From assembly GCF_009914755.1 (NCBI RefSeq), contig NC_060930.1: 64,000 nt of DNA; one strand, given 5' to 3'. This DNA comes from the human T2T-CHM13v2.0 reference genome, Homo sapiens. The notes under the pieces were generated by a model, which had not been told where the DNA came from, did no database searches, and saw only the letters and a list, made by a program, of their open reading frames with translations. This document shows positions 38,951-56,560 of this stretch, one piece after another (position 1 is the first letter of the stretch; every line of letters begins with the position of its first letter). Made by a program: the position numbers and the translations under genes.

Positions 38951-40544
38951 GCAGTCCAACTACATTAGGAAATTGTCTTAAGGCAGATGCCTTAAGGTAA
39001 ATGGAAAATGAAGACATTGGTCTGAGTTTATCAGAGAAAGTATTTTGTGGCAATGGATTTTAAGCATTTTTAATAATGATCCAAGAGACTTATTTTTTCA
39101 GTTTGAGTTAGTGAAAATTCTATGATTTTCTTTCAAGGAAAGTCTAAAATTTCTTTTCCTGTGTCCCAGGGGAAGAAGAGAAGTCAGTATTAGTTTATAC
39201 ATATTATTTTAAAATGGGCTTTATTCAATGTACTTTATAGATCTATAATTTTGAAAAATGGCTTTCATTCCATTTTTACACCTAAAACATATTTATAAAT
39301 TAGGGGATTTTTTTGTTGGTATTTCTGGAATCAAACCTAATTTATATCCATCCTAAATCAAATATATTTTATACTCAGAATGAGAATATTTGCCCTGAAA
39401 TCTTACAGTACTCACTAGTCTTTTTTAAAAAAGCATATTAGTCTAGCAATCTAATTTAGGCAATGCCTGTTGAACAGAGTCAACTAACTCCAGTTTTGGT
39501 ATAAAAATGCAGAATTGAGTATAAAATGAGCATACACAGTTAAAAATGGCAGGTAATATATGTCCTGTGACCACATGTTCTTTAATGTAATCATAGTCAG
39601 GACCTTAGGCTTTTTGTAAAATGATCTAACTTTGGAGAATATACTTTATCAAGAGAAAGAAGGTGCTGTGTTTGAGAAATGAATTGTTTTTTCGGTGTCC
39701 TGAATCTGTTGTTAATACATTGAAAGGTGATCTTTCTTTAGCATTGCCTCCAGTGTAATCAACTGAGGCATGTGAATGATGAATACCCACTAATTGTCCA
39801 CTTACAATTGACAAATGGTATACACATTATAAGTCTTGGCAAGAAAATAAGTCTCATCCATTCAAATTTTACCAATGAGGATGTGTAAAGAAGAAAACAA
39901 AACCCTGTACTGAAGAAATGCTACAGCTGCAAATATTTGACTGACACTTGAATTTGCCATTGTATTTTGGTATTTCTTATCTATTAATTCAAAAATATTT
40001 ATAGAGATCTATTTATTTGAGGCCCTGTCTGAGGTGATGAAGAATGCAAAAAAGATCTTTCTGATTCTATTATTTTTCTTACAGCCAATCAAGGAGTTAT
40101 ATGCTGTCATTTAAAGCAGCTTGAAATAATATTCCTACAGATACCTAGGAATAGCCTATATTAAATTTATTTCTGATTTTATTCAAATATCTAACAAATT
40201 TTTCTTTCTTATGTTCACCTTGATTTCCAAATGAAGGGGAGTTAGCAGACTTGGAAAACTGCAAGAGGAGAAGAGTAAGAGGACTCTCAAAACATTAAGA
40301 TTCTATTGAAGCAAATGTGAATGTTTATTAATTGTCACATTCTTTTGAAGCCTTGAAGCCCAGTAGCAAAAAGCATAGGCGTTGACTGTGATTAAAATTT
40401 CATGGCACCATTTAACCGGATAAGAGAAGGACCTAAGGTGGGAGAGCTACACTCATGAGGTATACGGAGAAAAAGGATAAAATCTAATATTGTTAAATGT
40501 GAATAACATCTGTTTTTAACAAAGGATGGTAATAATAATAGTGA

Positions 40545-40765
40545 TAACAAGAACAATAATAGTAGCAGTTAATATTTTTTAAGTTCTTATGTTATCATTG
40601 TAAGTCCTTTACATGTATTATCTCAGCTAATTCATATAATAACTATATAACTACTATTAGTGTCATAATATGAACAGAGAAGCAAACTTAGGCACAAATC
40701 AATTGAGTATCCTCCAAAGATCGTCCATTTATTAAGTGTTCTGAGACTAAATCATTCTGCCTTTG
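40545..40765 (-). mobile_element. MIR SINE
   Basis: TTTACATGTATTATCTCA...ACAGAGAAGCAAACTTAGGCACA. Confidence 0.65.
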
Positions 40766-41130
40766 AAGGAGAAGAATGCATTTGAATGTTTCCATACCAC
40801 TTCAAAAAGCAAAACTTGCTTTGAAGAATAGTTTATTCTTTCTAGAGAACCATTTACCATTACTTTGGAAAAAAACAACATGTGTTTAATACCAATAATT
40901 TGTAAGACTCTAGATTTTATGTTAGAATAATTTATAGACTGTATGCCAAGGAGCTGAACAAAGGAGATGTTAAATTATCAATCCCCTAAAAACTGGTGAC
41001 TGAATGAGGTATGATTCCTGTCTCACTTTGAGTTACATTGATCTAAGATACCTTTTGTGCCATAAGAACTCACCACAGAGTTCTCTTCTAAAGCACAAAA
41101 GCATATCACTACAGCATAGGTTTGATTTAT

Positions 41131-41322
41131 GCAGGATGATGTAGAATAAAGAAAATTGCATTGAGATTTCTGTGACCTGATTTCTAATCTTGGCTCTGCT
41201 GATATGATCATGTGCAAGTCACTACGTCTCCCTAGCCCTTAGTTTAGTCATCTATAAAAGGAAGGGGTTAATTAGAGATTTCTAAGACCTACCCCTAGCT
41301 TTAAAATGTTATGACTCCATGA
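41131..41322 (+). mobile_element. MIR3/MIRc SINE
   Basis: GACCTGATTTCTAATCTTGGCTCTGC...GCAAGTCACT...CATCTATAAAA...CTAGCTTTAAAATGTTATGA. Confidence 0.7.
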
Positions 41323-41679
41323 TTCCTTCTCTTAAACACAATAGAAGCCAGTGAAAAATCAAAAGAGGATTATCTTCCATAACTTCCCACCCTTTTAATA
41401 AGGTTGGAAATTGCATTGAGGATATCAGAACAACTAGTAGCAGTGTATTTGGAATGTTTCAGTTCTGTCAGCTTTTTTTGTGAGTGAATCAGGTTAAAAC
41501 ATTTATTTTTAACATACGGATTTACCATAAATGCTTTCAATATGAAATCACTTAATTTAGTTGATTAACAGGAACTCACTAAAAATCAACAATTTAATCT
41601 TTCATTTATTGTGTATCTAAGGCACAACAACATGTACTAAGTGATAAAAAGATGAATCAAGCCTGTTATAAATGCATAA

Positions 41680-41890
41680 TAACTGCCAATTACTGGGCAC
41701 TGCAACATTCTAATTGTTTTGTAGGTACTAGGTCACTGATTCTCAACAGCATCTCTGTACCAGTCACACTGGCCTTATAGAACAAATGAGTGACCTGAGA
41801 TATTACAGCTTGTAAGAGGTGAAGGTGAGAATGGAACCCCTGTCTGGCTGTAAATCTTGTGTTCTGTTTGTTATAACACATTGCCTCTCC
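41680..41890 (-). mobile_element. Degraded MIR
   Basis: GTGACCTGAGATATTACAGCTTGTAAG...GAATGGAACCC. Confidence 0.5.
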
Positions 41891-44144
41891 TAAATAGCTG
41901 AAGATCAGTTTTCCCTCCTTCATCATCAGGGGTCCTGAGACATCACTGATGAATTCAGCCTAATTACTGTCATGTATAATTACAGTTTTTATGGTAAAAT
42001 TTAAAAGTAAATTTATCAAAACAGCCATATAAAGGTTATGATCTGAGGAGTATTATTTTAGGTTGAAGGAGAGATCAGTCAAGGAGAGTCAGTCATTCAT
42101 TTCCAGACAGCTGGCTTCATGAATTCCTCCTACTCACCTTAGTGTGAGTCCATCTGTGTCTGTTGAGATGACTGTTTTAAATCTCCCATTTTCCAGGTCA
42201 ACTGTTATATCACAATCCAAAGGAAGTTGTCTGACTCCATAATGTGACTTAGCAGAGAGCATCATGAAATATTCTGTGAGACACATATGGTTTGAAGGTT
42301 GTAGGATGAATATCACTGTGAGATTTTGGATCCAGTGATATTGAAAAAAACCTGTTTTTCTCAATTCCATGTGTTTTCAAAGATTAGAACAAGAATGTTT
42401 GGTTTCCAAGCTGGCTATAAGAAAGTGATTGCCTGATGTTCTCCAACTTAACCAAATCATGCAACAAAAATGAAAAAGCCCAGAAGTAAAACAATTTCAT
42501 AAATTGCACCTATGGGGAAATTTGTACCTAAAGGAAAGGACTCAATTCTCCTTACTTAAATTAGCTGTTAATGCAACCTTAATAAACATCTTTTCCACTG
42601 ATATCACTGAGTAGGCTGCTTGAATACAGATCAGAAACAAAGCACTGCTTTCTTATTATTTCCTTCAAAACAGTAATGAAGTTAAATAAACTCACCAGTT
42701 TTGTTTGTTTGTTTCTATTGGGAAAATACATTTTTTGAATAATACTGTTACAGTTCAGTTTCAGAAAGGAAGCAATCATTTTGTTTAGAATTATCATAAA
42801 TCTATGCTAGTTGCATAGGATATTCTCAATTTTGGTCAAAATGGAGTCCTCAAGCCATTTAACTGACACTGTCGGCTGTTACAGGAGGGGAACTACTTGA
42901 GCAAAAGGCCCAGTGGATTTGAGCCAAGTTCCAGAAGAGCAATGAGAATATCATACCCTCTCAGGAGGTGAGAGCCATTCGGAGGAAGGCTAAAAACTTA
43001 GGCTGCCCAGCTCCTTTTCTGATACAGGATATAGTCTTGGAAAAACCTGCGTTCTCTGTTAATATTCTGATTCTCTATTTAATATGTAGTTTTTGAACTT
43101 CGAATCCTGATTAAACTAGTAAATCTGTTAATGAAAGGCTATGGGATATACAGCATCCTGCTACATTTGTTACAAAAAAAATGCTTTGAAAGAAAAAATT
43201 GCTACCAGCTAGAAAAACATATAAACAGTCTATAAACCATTATGAAAGTTATCTCCCTTAGCCCTTTCAGGAGTAATTTCTACACCTGCTCAACCTCTTC
43301 ACACTGTTAGGCTAAGAGAACACAATGTATATCATCATCATGTTCACTCAGAGATGAATCATGTAAAATTGAGCAGGTTGCTGAGTGGGTCAGGACATGA
43401 TGCATTTCTTTTAGGCCTGTTGCTTTATTTCCTTCAGAGCCTTTTTATTTGAACAAATTGCTGCTCTGTAAGGTGGATTTAAGGAATTAAGATGATTGAA
43501 GCTGCATAATCAGACTAAGGACTGATTTAAGGAAATTACCTTTTCTTCTTGCTGAAGTCTAGATTAATGAGGAAAGACACACTATTCCCATTACATTATT
43601 AGAATACCTAGGCAGATCCTTATCCTGGTTTCTGTATTCCAATTTCAAGCTTGCTTCGCCTTTTAAAACTCCCTTAGCCATTTTAACTCTTCATATTCAA
43701 AAGATAACCCCAAAAGTTACTTCACAAATAATTAGGGATATTCAATGAGAAGATTCTCAGCTACCTATAGCCACCATATCCTAAAGCTCCTTTCATTTGG
43801 CCTCAATAGTGAGGTGCACTTCCAACCAAATCCTATTCTCCTGCCTCCTCCAGGACTCTGCTCTGCCATCTGCCCTCTTTCTGTTTTGGATCTTCTTTCT
43901 CTCCTCTAGTTCCAGCCTCTCTTTCTGCACTGGCTTTCTCCTTCAGCGTGCGCAGATGATTCATATGATACAGTCACATGTTCCAGAGCCACATCCAGAG
44001 ACAAAACAAAAGAAAAACAAAAGGAAAGCTTTTTTCTTTGACTCTGGATCTGCCTCTAGCTATACTTTATTTCTCTTTTCTTTTTCTAAACCAAGCAGTT
44101 TGGATGAATTGCCTGAACATGCTGCCTCATTTTTATATGGTTGT

Positions 44145-44360
44145 TAACTTCATTAAGCTATAATGCAGCATGGTGCATAGATCTTAAGTATGCAGTTTGA
44201 TGGGATTTGACTAATTTATACACTTAAATAACCACTACTCCATTCAAGATATAAAGCATTTCCATCATCCCTGGAAGTTTCCTCATGCCCCTTTTCAGTA
44301 AATCTTTGGCCTGCTTTTCTCCGCACTTGTCTGATTTCTATACAGGTACATTATATATTC
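44145..44360 (-). mobile_element. L1ME-type 3' end
   Basis: GATCTTAAGTATGCAGTTTGATG...TCAAGATATAAAGCATTTCCATCATCCC...AGTTTCCTCATGCCCCTTT. Confidence 0.75.
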
Positions 44361-44364
44361 CCTG

Positions 44365-46100
44365 TCTTTTTTTTTGTCTTCAAGTTTTTCCAACAACCTC
44401 AAACTTAGAAACTTTTCGTAAACACAGTGCAAAAAAACGTTTTCACGAATCATTTAAAATTGCCAACCTGTTACCCCCTCAAATCTGAATATTTTAGTGT
44501 GTTTTTCCTCCAGCAAAGACGTTTTCCTACTGGACCGCAAAGCAGTTATCAGAATCTGGACATTAGCACTGAAGCAACACTAACAACTAATTCTCAGGAT
44601 CAGATTAATTTTCACCCGTAAATGTCCCTCATTGCAAGAGGAACCAGTTCAGAATCACACACTGCATTCAGTTATAGGTCTTGTTAGCCTCCTTTAATCT
44701 GGAACCAGTCCTCAGTCTTTCCAGACTTTCCTTACAGTGGCATCTTTGAAAAGTACAGGTCAAATATTTTATAAATTGTTTTGCAAATTTATTTGGCATT
44801 TTCTCATGAGTAGATTCAAATTACACATTATAGGTAAGACAATCCCAGGAGTGATATTGTGTTCTGCTCATTGCATCCTGTCAGGTGGCTTATGACATTA
44901 ATTTGTCCCTTTATTAATAATGCTCACAATGATCACTTAATTAAGATGCCACCTTTCAGGCTTTTCCACTGTAAATTACTCTTGGTCCCTTTGCAATTAG
45001 TAAATATTTCATGGGGGTGGTAATTTAAATCTATGTAAATATCTCATTTCTTACCAAATTTTTAGATTACATGTGTTTGTCTGTTCTTGCACTACTATGA
45101 AGAAATACCTGAGTCTGTGTAATTTATAAAGAAAAAAAGTTTAATTGGCTCACGGTTCCACAGGCTATACAGGAAGCATGATGCTGGTGTCTGCTCAGCT
45201 TCTGGGGAGAACTCAGGAAACTTACAATCATGGCAGAAGGCAAAGAGGAAGCAAGTGCATCTTACATGGCTGGAGCAAGATCGTGAGAGAGTGGGGAGGT
45301 GCTGCACACTTTTAAACAACCAAATCTCGTTGTTTTGCCACAACACCATCAAGGAGAATGATGTTAAACCATGAGAAACCACCCCTAGACCCACCAGGCC
45401 CTACCTCCAACACTGGGGATTACAGTTTGACAGGAGATTTGGGTGGGGACACAGATCCAAGCCATATCATTACATATTTCTTTATTTCTGTTTGTATAAA
45501 CTCTGGTTTTCTATTTTATTAAATAAATTAAAATCCATTACTATTATTGTCTATTCTGATACTCAAATTGGCAAAGATTTGACCAGGGCCAGCTCCTTTG
45601 TGCTGGCTTCTTTGTCCTCTTGACATGTCTTTACTCTTTGATACTTATTTTATGGCATAACGGAAGATTCAGACTCAACTCTTAGTTTTTTTGCCCCATG
45701 CCTGGAATCAAATATTTCTACTAGGAACCTTGGTTCTTTTAAAAGGAAAATGTTTTTTAGTATGCAAAATCTGGTTACACTCATGACTATGTATGCAACA
45801 CTGCTTCCAGGCTCTCTCAATGGATAGGACTAGGGAATATATGCAAGTTCACAAACACACACACACACACACTCACTTGCATCTATATTTATAACTCTCT
45901 CCATATATACTGGAAACCATAAGTTCACACTGAAATTTCCAATTCCAATCTAACACCACAGAGTTCATTCTAGTTTTCTCTATTTCTAGATTTGTAACTC
46001 CCTTCTCTGACAGTGAAAAACAGGCTCCCATTATTCTAAATATTTTTACTTATTTGATGAATTTTCCTGTATGTAACTGATCTCATTCCTGCCACTGCCC
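44365..46100 (-). mobile_element. L1MC4-like 3' region interrupted by MSTA
   Basis: CCTTTAATCTGGAAC, GCATCCTGTCAGGTGG and GATCACTTAATTAAGATG; resumes after 45470 with GCTGGCTTCTTTGTCCTCTTGACATG and CCAATTCCAATCTAACACCACAG. Confidence 0.75.
45072..45469 (-). mobile_element. MSTA solo LTR
   Basis: TG...CA ends, GATTTGGGTGGGGACACAGATCCAAGCCATATCA; perfect 5-bp TSD TTACA at 45067-45071 and 45470-45474. Confidence 0.93.
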
Positions 46101-46122
46101 TCTTCCCCCAAGAATATCCTTC

Positions 46123-46490
46123 TGCTAAGGTATAGCAAAGATTATGTGCTGGAAACTTAATGCCCAATGCAATAGTGTTGAGAGGTGGGATGTTTATGAG
46201 GTGATTAAGTCATGAGGGCTCTTCCCTCATGAATGAATTAATGCTGATATAATGAGAATGGGTTCTTGAGAAGAAGGATGAGTCTGGTCTCCTTCCTCTC
46301 GTTCTTTCCCTCTGTTGCCTTTCTATCTTCTGCTATGGGATGACACAGCATGAAGGCCCTCCCCATATGCCAGTGCCATGCTCTTGGACTTTCCAGTCTT
46401 CAGAATTTTAAGCCAAATAAACTTATACTGTTTATAAATTACTCAGTGTGTGGCATTCTGTTATATCAACACAAAATGAATGAAGATACC
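46123..46490 (+). mobile_element. MST-family (MSTD/MSTC-like) solo LTR
   Basis: GGAAACTTAATGCCCAATGCAATAGTGTTGAGAGGTGGG...CATGAGGGCTCTTCCCTCATGAATG...ATAAATTACTCAG. Confidence 0.85.
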
Positions 46491-47034
46491 TCCTTAACAC
46501 CACTCACAGTGACTCTGATAAATCTGTGCCAGGCTACCACTACCATGTGCTTTTCACCACAATAGGGCTCTGAGATCCCATGCAAGGCACTTCCTCCACC
46601 AGCAGGGTCCCCTTCTTACCTCAGCTTGACCTCCTTTATCCTGTGCTGGCTGCTGTCACCCTTCCTGAGTGGATACTTTCCTTCTTTTGCCTGTACCCTG
46701 ACACTTTGTGCTGGGCCTCCGTGCTGGGGTAGAACACTTCTTCTCTTTGCCTGGGCCCACTAAACCCATGATCAGCCATCTTCCCTAATTCCTGACATGG
46801 GTGTTCTCTTTCCCTTTCTTGACCTTGACACTCTGAACCTCGGTGTTCCTCATGCCCTTAGTGTACTGTAGCTATCTTCCCATCACTATCCTCACCCCAC
46901 AGAGGCTCTGACACACTGCACTAGCCCATTGCAGTCTAACCCCACCCAATCCTTAGGCTGATGCCTTTCTTGCTTGACCCTAATGAGAAGATTTTGGATT
47001 AAGTTGTTCAGAAAGGGAAAGGAAAGGAAGGGAA

Positions 47035-47432
47035 CTGTTACTGACAAAGTTGTTCTCCCCTCTTCCACACACACCCCCCCAGTTCATATGTTGAAGCCCT
47101 AACCCTCAATGTGACTGTATGGAGATAGGGCCTTTGAAAAGGTAATGAAGGTTAAATAACGCCATTAGGGTGGGCCCTAATCCAATAGGACTGGTGTCCT
47201 TATAGAACAGGAAGAGACATTAGGGAAGTTCATTTAGAGAAAAAAAGGCCATGTGAAGGCACAGTGAGAAGGTGGCCTTCTGCAAGCCAAGGAGAGAGGC
47301 CTCAGGAGAAACCAAGTCTGTTGACATCTTGATCTTGGACTCCCAGCATCCAGACTGTAAGAAATAAATTTATGTTGTTCAAGTCACTCAGTCTGTGGCA
47401 TTTTGTTATGGCAGCCCTAGTGGATTAACATA
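47035..47432 (+). mobile_element. MLT1B-like solo LTR
   Basis: TTCATATGTTGAAGCCCTAACCC...GGGCCCTAATCCAATAGGACTGGTGTCCTTATA...TTTGTTATGGCAGCCCTAG. Confidence 0.88.
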
Positions 47433-48394
47433 CGAAGATAAAAGAAAGAGCTGCTTCTATTTTTTACTTTATGTTGCAAGCTAATTCAGTCCTCGTGATG
47501 GTATTGGATCTACTTTTGTTAAGGTCATGGAGAATTTTCAAATCTAAGTGAAATATTTTAAATCTCCAGTTAGGAAGAACTATAGCATTGAGCACTGTTG
47601 ATTACTCCTTCCTTCTTAAATTCATGACCATATTGATCAAATAGAGCTTGTCATTTTGGTATCAAATATACTAGTTCTTCAAGAAGCACATGCTGTCTCC
47701 ACCACTTCTGTCTAATATGAAACCACCACTTGCACTTTTGGCTTCCCAGATTAGGGAGATTATTTTTAACTGGTTAAATTAGTTCTGGTTATTAGGCGTT
47801 AAATATGGGCATTAGCGGCATTAAAAAAGAGGTATCTAGGATACCATAAGAAAGATTTGTGGCTCATACTATTTGTTTTCATCTTGCCTTGTAATCAGTC
47901 CCCACAAATCCGCATAATTTTTCTTGCATGCAAGGCATCTTCTTATGAAATGAGACCATATTTGTGACTTTCAAAATTCTTCCACATTGTCTATGATAGT
48001 GTACATGTGCAAACAATGGGAAATGCTGTCATGTCTGTGGTTGTCTTTGTAGTGGCCACTGGCAGGAAAGCCAGGAAGTTACTGCTGCAAACAGAAATAG
48101 GCTCTTAATTGCTTATGGAACTTAAATAAGTAAGACTTAGCAGCAGCTCTCTTTAAAACTGCCTAATTAGGTGTACTGGTCTGTCTGCTGGCAAATTAGG
48201 AGGCCCCATGTGTTATTCCTAGGCTGCAGTTTTGAAGACACATGGGTCTCAGGCCAATGCCTGGTAGGAAAATGCTTTTATCTCTTTCAGAACAAAGCAA
48301 TATTCCACAGAATGTCAGCCCAGTTCATCTTACTGGTATTGTCCGTGGATGTTTTCATGTACATGTTTCATGTACATGTACATTTATTGAGTCA

Positions 48395-48670
48395 AATAAA
48401 ACTCAATATATATTTTTTATTATACCTACTTTCTTTCTTAAAATCTCTAGCTCAATTAATGTCAGCAATTTATCCAGCTGTACAAATTTTGGAATCCTTT
48501 TCTCTCTCTTCTTCCACATCCAGTCCATAACTATGTCTCACTGACTTTGCTCTGTAATGTATCTCCTCTCAGTCAACTGCTCTCTGCACCCACTGTTAGC
48601 AGCTTTAGTTCAGAGCTCCATGCTTTCACTGTTGGACTACTGAAATGCCTTACTAGCTGTTTTCTTAGAG
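48395..48670 (+). mobile_element. L2 fragment
   Basis: TCTTCCACATCCAGTCCAT...CCCACTG...TTAGTTCAGAGCTCCATG...TGGACTACTGAAATGCCTTACTAGCTG. Confidence 0.6.
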
Positions 48671-50814
48671 GAGATCTCATAGTCTAGTAGGAAAGAGTTA
48701 TTATCCAGATATTTGATTTGTTGTATATATATATTTTGTTGAAGGTGGAAGATAACCCTTGTCAACTCCATAATCCAATCAATATCTTCCACCATCCCTG
48801 CAACATCACAACATAACATTTAGACACCCAAGAATACAAAAATACGAATGTTGAAAACCTGTTACCTAAATTGCTTTGTTTTGTGATAACCTAAGAACAC
48901 TTTTTTTCATCCAGATAGAATCTAAAAATAAAAAATACCGTATTATAAACAGTACTACTACTACCAAGTTCAGTTATTTATTTGCCCACAATATGCCACC
49001 TCTACTCCCTAACCCCCTACCCCCCACAGTGGCTCATCTGAACTTTATATAGAATGCATAGAATAATTGTATATGCTTTGAAGGGATTTTCATAGAGCAG
49101 GGTTATCTGCATTTTGGTGTCTTCTGGCATGGATTTGAGTGTCTTTACCTTTTGGTCAGGCACGTCTATGCTTAGGTCTCTGCCTGCCTTTCTGCTGGAT
49201 GAATATTAGCACAGATGTGAAATCTGGAGAGGACTGAGGCATGTATTAAAGGTAAATAAAAGTAGTCATGAGTTCTGAGTAAGAACAGATGATCAAGCAA
49301 AAAGAGCTCTCTGAAGGTTAAATGAGGTTATACATATATGGAGAGAGATCTGTGTTCAGTGCTGGACTCATAGTAGAAAGTCAGTGTTAAAAGAATTGGT
49401 GAGTAGATGTTAGAGGTGTCAAGGATTGCCTTGAATGTTGGATGGTTTGTGAGTCTGGCAGGGTTGACAAGACGTGATACCTTGGGCTGGCTTAAGGGAC
49501 TGTCATTGTGCAGTCATGCATTCTTTGTGTCTAGCAGTGTTTAATTCATATTATATTCTGGTTAAATATGTTTGCATATTTAAATTGTTTATTGGATGTA
49601 TGGGAAATTTACTAATTATTTGGCATTATTTTTTCATTGACTGGATATTAGGTACGCTGTTGATTTTTTTTAGAAGGCAATGTATTAATATATCTTTACT
49701 ATCTCTTTGATATGACAATTTCCTAGTATGGACAGAAAACTATGAACCATGCACTGTTATTCCCACCTGAGAGATATGCCCTTTTAGTATGACAATGATC
49801 ATAGTGGATCTTTGGCCTGTTTTCAGATTTTCCATATCAGGTGTTTATTTTCACCTGCAGTCAGCCTTAGGATTTAACTAAGTTTCCAAAGTACCTGTAG
49901 CATTGTTATTCCTGGCAGCCTAAAACACTCATACTTTTGCTCCCTTTCCCAGTATATTTTGGCAAGTGTTGAAGAGCAGCAAGGAAAGAAGAGTTTGGGC
50001 CCCCTTTTTGATCTAGATGAAATGGAGGCATTGTTGTCAAAGGCCCTACAACTTGTTCATATGCACCTATCACTTTATGACACTTAAACCCTAAGGCAAG
50101 GAAGAAAGTAGCTTCCCTGCAGATTTCTCAGCATCTGAGCAGATGGGTGTGATCTTAAGCAGCCAACATTGCCCATATGTTCCTAATGTTGAAAGGAGGA
50201 TTCTGAGCCAAGAATGACTGCAAAAGCCTGTCTCATCATACCTCCTCTCTCAGGTGGCAGCAATAAATATGGTCCCCAGTAGGATTAATTAAATAAAATG
50301 GAAAGCACTGTTGAACATTATGGGATGAAATGGAAGATACTATATGGAAGGAAGTCCAATGGTGATTTGATCTCAGTGGGAAATGTTGGAGAAAATTCCT
50401 AACAAAATTTTCATTAGGACATCATCAAATTGGTCAGCATGTGTTTGCAACTATGAGTTAGTTAGTACAGAAGCTGTAAGCCATAAAAAACACATGTGAC
50501 CAAGCTTCAGGCCTACAGAAGCAGATATTAAATACAATGTTTGTTAAATATCAGCTTTTTTTCTGGTACATTATGAAGTGTACTCAATATTAAAAGACGC
50601 TTACTATACCTGAAGATTTTTTTCCCTAGAATGTTTCAAATAGTAATTTCTTTCTGTAGCTCTCAGTGACTCTATATGCTTATCAAATAGCACAGACTAG
50701 AACCCAGTCTCTCCTTTTGAAAGTTATGATCTATGATGACACACTTTTGTGTATTACCACACCATTGAATATCTGTGGAGGTAGAACACACCACTAGGCT
50801 TTCTTTGATAGTAA

Positions 50815-51116
<302 letters not shown>

Positions 51117-51843
51117 TGATAGTAACATTTTTACACATTAGTTGAGTAAGAATAAAATACTTTTTCATAGGGGCAAAAAATAAAGTGTTTGTTAATAATT
51201 ATAATATTCCCACAGGAGAAACATAATGCAGAGAGGTTTATTTCAATTTCAATTGTAAAAATTAGAAACATAATCATTACAAAGTAAAATTTATTTCTTA
51301 TATTTATCTGGATATATTCATGTAAATGTATAGTTTAAATAAATTTTTGTTTTCTAAATGTAACATGCTACCAATGTTGTTGATGCTGTGTTAAAATTAG
51401 TCTTAAGCAAATAGATACTCTGGCTTCTCTTATACAGGGAAAAGAAAAAATTGAATGACAGGTCCCAGTTTTTCAAAAAATTGGTTTCCTCTATAAAATA
51501 TAAAATTAAGTGCTAGTTAAATATGAATATTAGTACTTATGGACTATACATACAGTGAGTCAAAATATTGCAGCTGTACATAACACTGAACCATAGCCAT
51601 TACTATCAATTTTCTCCTCTGTATTGCAAAGAAGCTGGCCAAGAGTTTGAGGCTCACTCAGTTCAACAAAAATACTTAATGAGGGGTTTCTTGCTGCTGA
51701 ATAAGAAAGTACCACTTTCTGTTTATCCCAGAGCACCTCAGATGATCAGTACTCAAGATCATAGAAGTCTAAATGAGTACAACTTAACGTGAAGTTTTGT
51801 TCATATCTAGATCAGAGTTTGGAGAAGGTGGAAAGATACTGGG

Positions 51844-54975
<3,132 letters not shown>

Positions 54976-56097
54976 CTACATTATTTGCTTGAAAGCTCAT
55001 TACATTAGCCTTCTTATAACATTGTATGAATGGCTGTGATGAATACATTGAACTATACCTATAAAACCACTTGCATGCTGATCTGCTAATTTGGTTCAAG
55101 CTACACTGATATTTCTGATAACCTTTATGGTGCAGCAACACTTCCAAGCCCTTTTGTCAACTTGGTTAACCATCTCAGCTTTGAATAGTTAAATAAATAT
55201 ATGTGTGGGCAGAAGGATTTAAAGGTTGCAGTGGCCTTTAAAGGTCACTTCTAGGCCAGGTCCAAGAGCTGCAAAAGTAACTTTGTGTTTGGTAAGTGAA
55301 GTAAAATCTTAATAGTGAGGTAAAATGAACATAAAGTTTCCTAGTATTAATACTTTGTGTTTGGAACTGCATGCTCATTTGCTTCAGCATTTATCTGATT
55401 GCACAGGTGCAATGCTTTCTGTGTCAGCAGGACTGAGGTAAGGGGAGTATGCACTTAGGTGCTTTGGTTATGCCATTTATGCACAAGGTTTTATTAACTC
55501 CATTTCATATAAACCTGATTTTGTTCTCGCTCTGTTTTTCTTTCTCTCCATCTCACACATACGTATACTCTTTCACATAGTATATTCTATGCACTTTAAC
55601 TATGGAAAGGTCATTAGATTTGTATGCTCAGAAATTCACTCAGCTTGGTTGAAATGGGTAAAATAGGATTGACTACCAGTGCTAGTGAACGACCAAATTA
55701 GCTTTTGCTATCTCCATCTTTTACTCTGTAAATCATCTACAATTTACATTAAAAGTGTTACATTTGTCCTGGAAAGTTCATTCCATAAAGTCAGTGTTAC
55801 TACCTGATTGGTCAAACAAAATAATATAAAATGTCTACTTAATTTGGGCATATACGAATAAATGGAGGAGAGAATGATAAGGATGATGGAAACAGGTAAA
55901 AAAGAAAAAAAAACAAAAAATGAGAAAGTAAAGATTGAAAGAGAATACAGAGAGAATGAAAAGGGCATTGAGCAGGAAGATAGATTGTAATTAGAGAAGT
56001 GAGAGATGAAGGGGACGACTCAGAGCCTTTCCCCCTTCTTTCTAGTTTGGTATGGCCAGTGACCCTAAACTGTTCCAAATGGCATCGTGATATTCTC

Positions 56098-56103
<6 letters not shown>

Positions 56104-56129
<26 letters not shown>

Positions 56130-56410
56130 GAGATGGAGTCTCGCTGTGCCGCCCAGGCTGGAGTGCAGTGGTGCAATCTCGGCTCACTGCAAGCTCCGCC
56201 TCCCAGATTCATGCCATTCTTCTGCCTCAGCCTCCCGAGTAGCTGGGACTACAGGTGCCCGCCACCACGCCCAGCTAATTTTTGGTATTTTTAGTAGAGA
56301 CGGAGTTTCACTGTGTTAGCCAGGATGGTCTCGATCTCCTGACCTCATGATCAGCCCGCCTCTGCCTCCCAAAGTGCTGGGATTACAGGCATGAGCCACC
56401 GTGCCTGGCC
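56104..56410 (-). mobile_element. AluY
   Basis: GCAAGCTCCGCC, GCCATTCT, TTAGCCAGGATGGTCTCGATC; perfect 15-bp TSD GATATTCTCCTTTTC at 56089-56103 and 56411-56425. Confidence 0.98.
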
Positions 56411-56560
56411 GATATTCTCCTTTTCATGAATCCTTGTCCATGTCCTCAGAAGTTCTACCTTAGGCATAGCCTTATTCATGTCTTCCTCATTCCACTGTGG
56501 CTTAGGGATTCCTCCGTCCTGCCGTCACTTCCTGTCTTCCCACCTAAGGAGAATGAAGCC

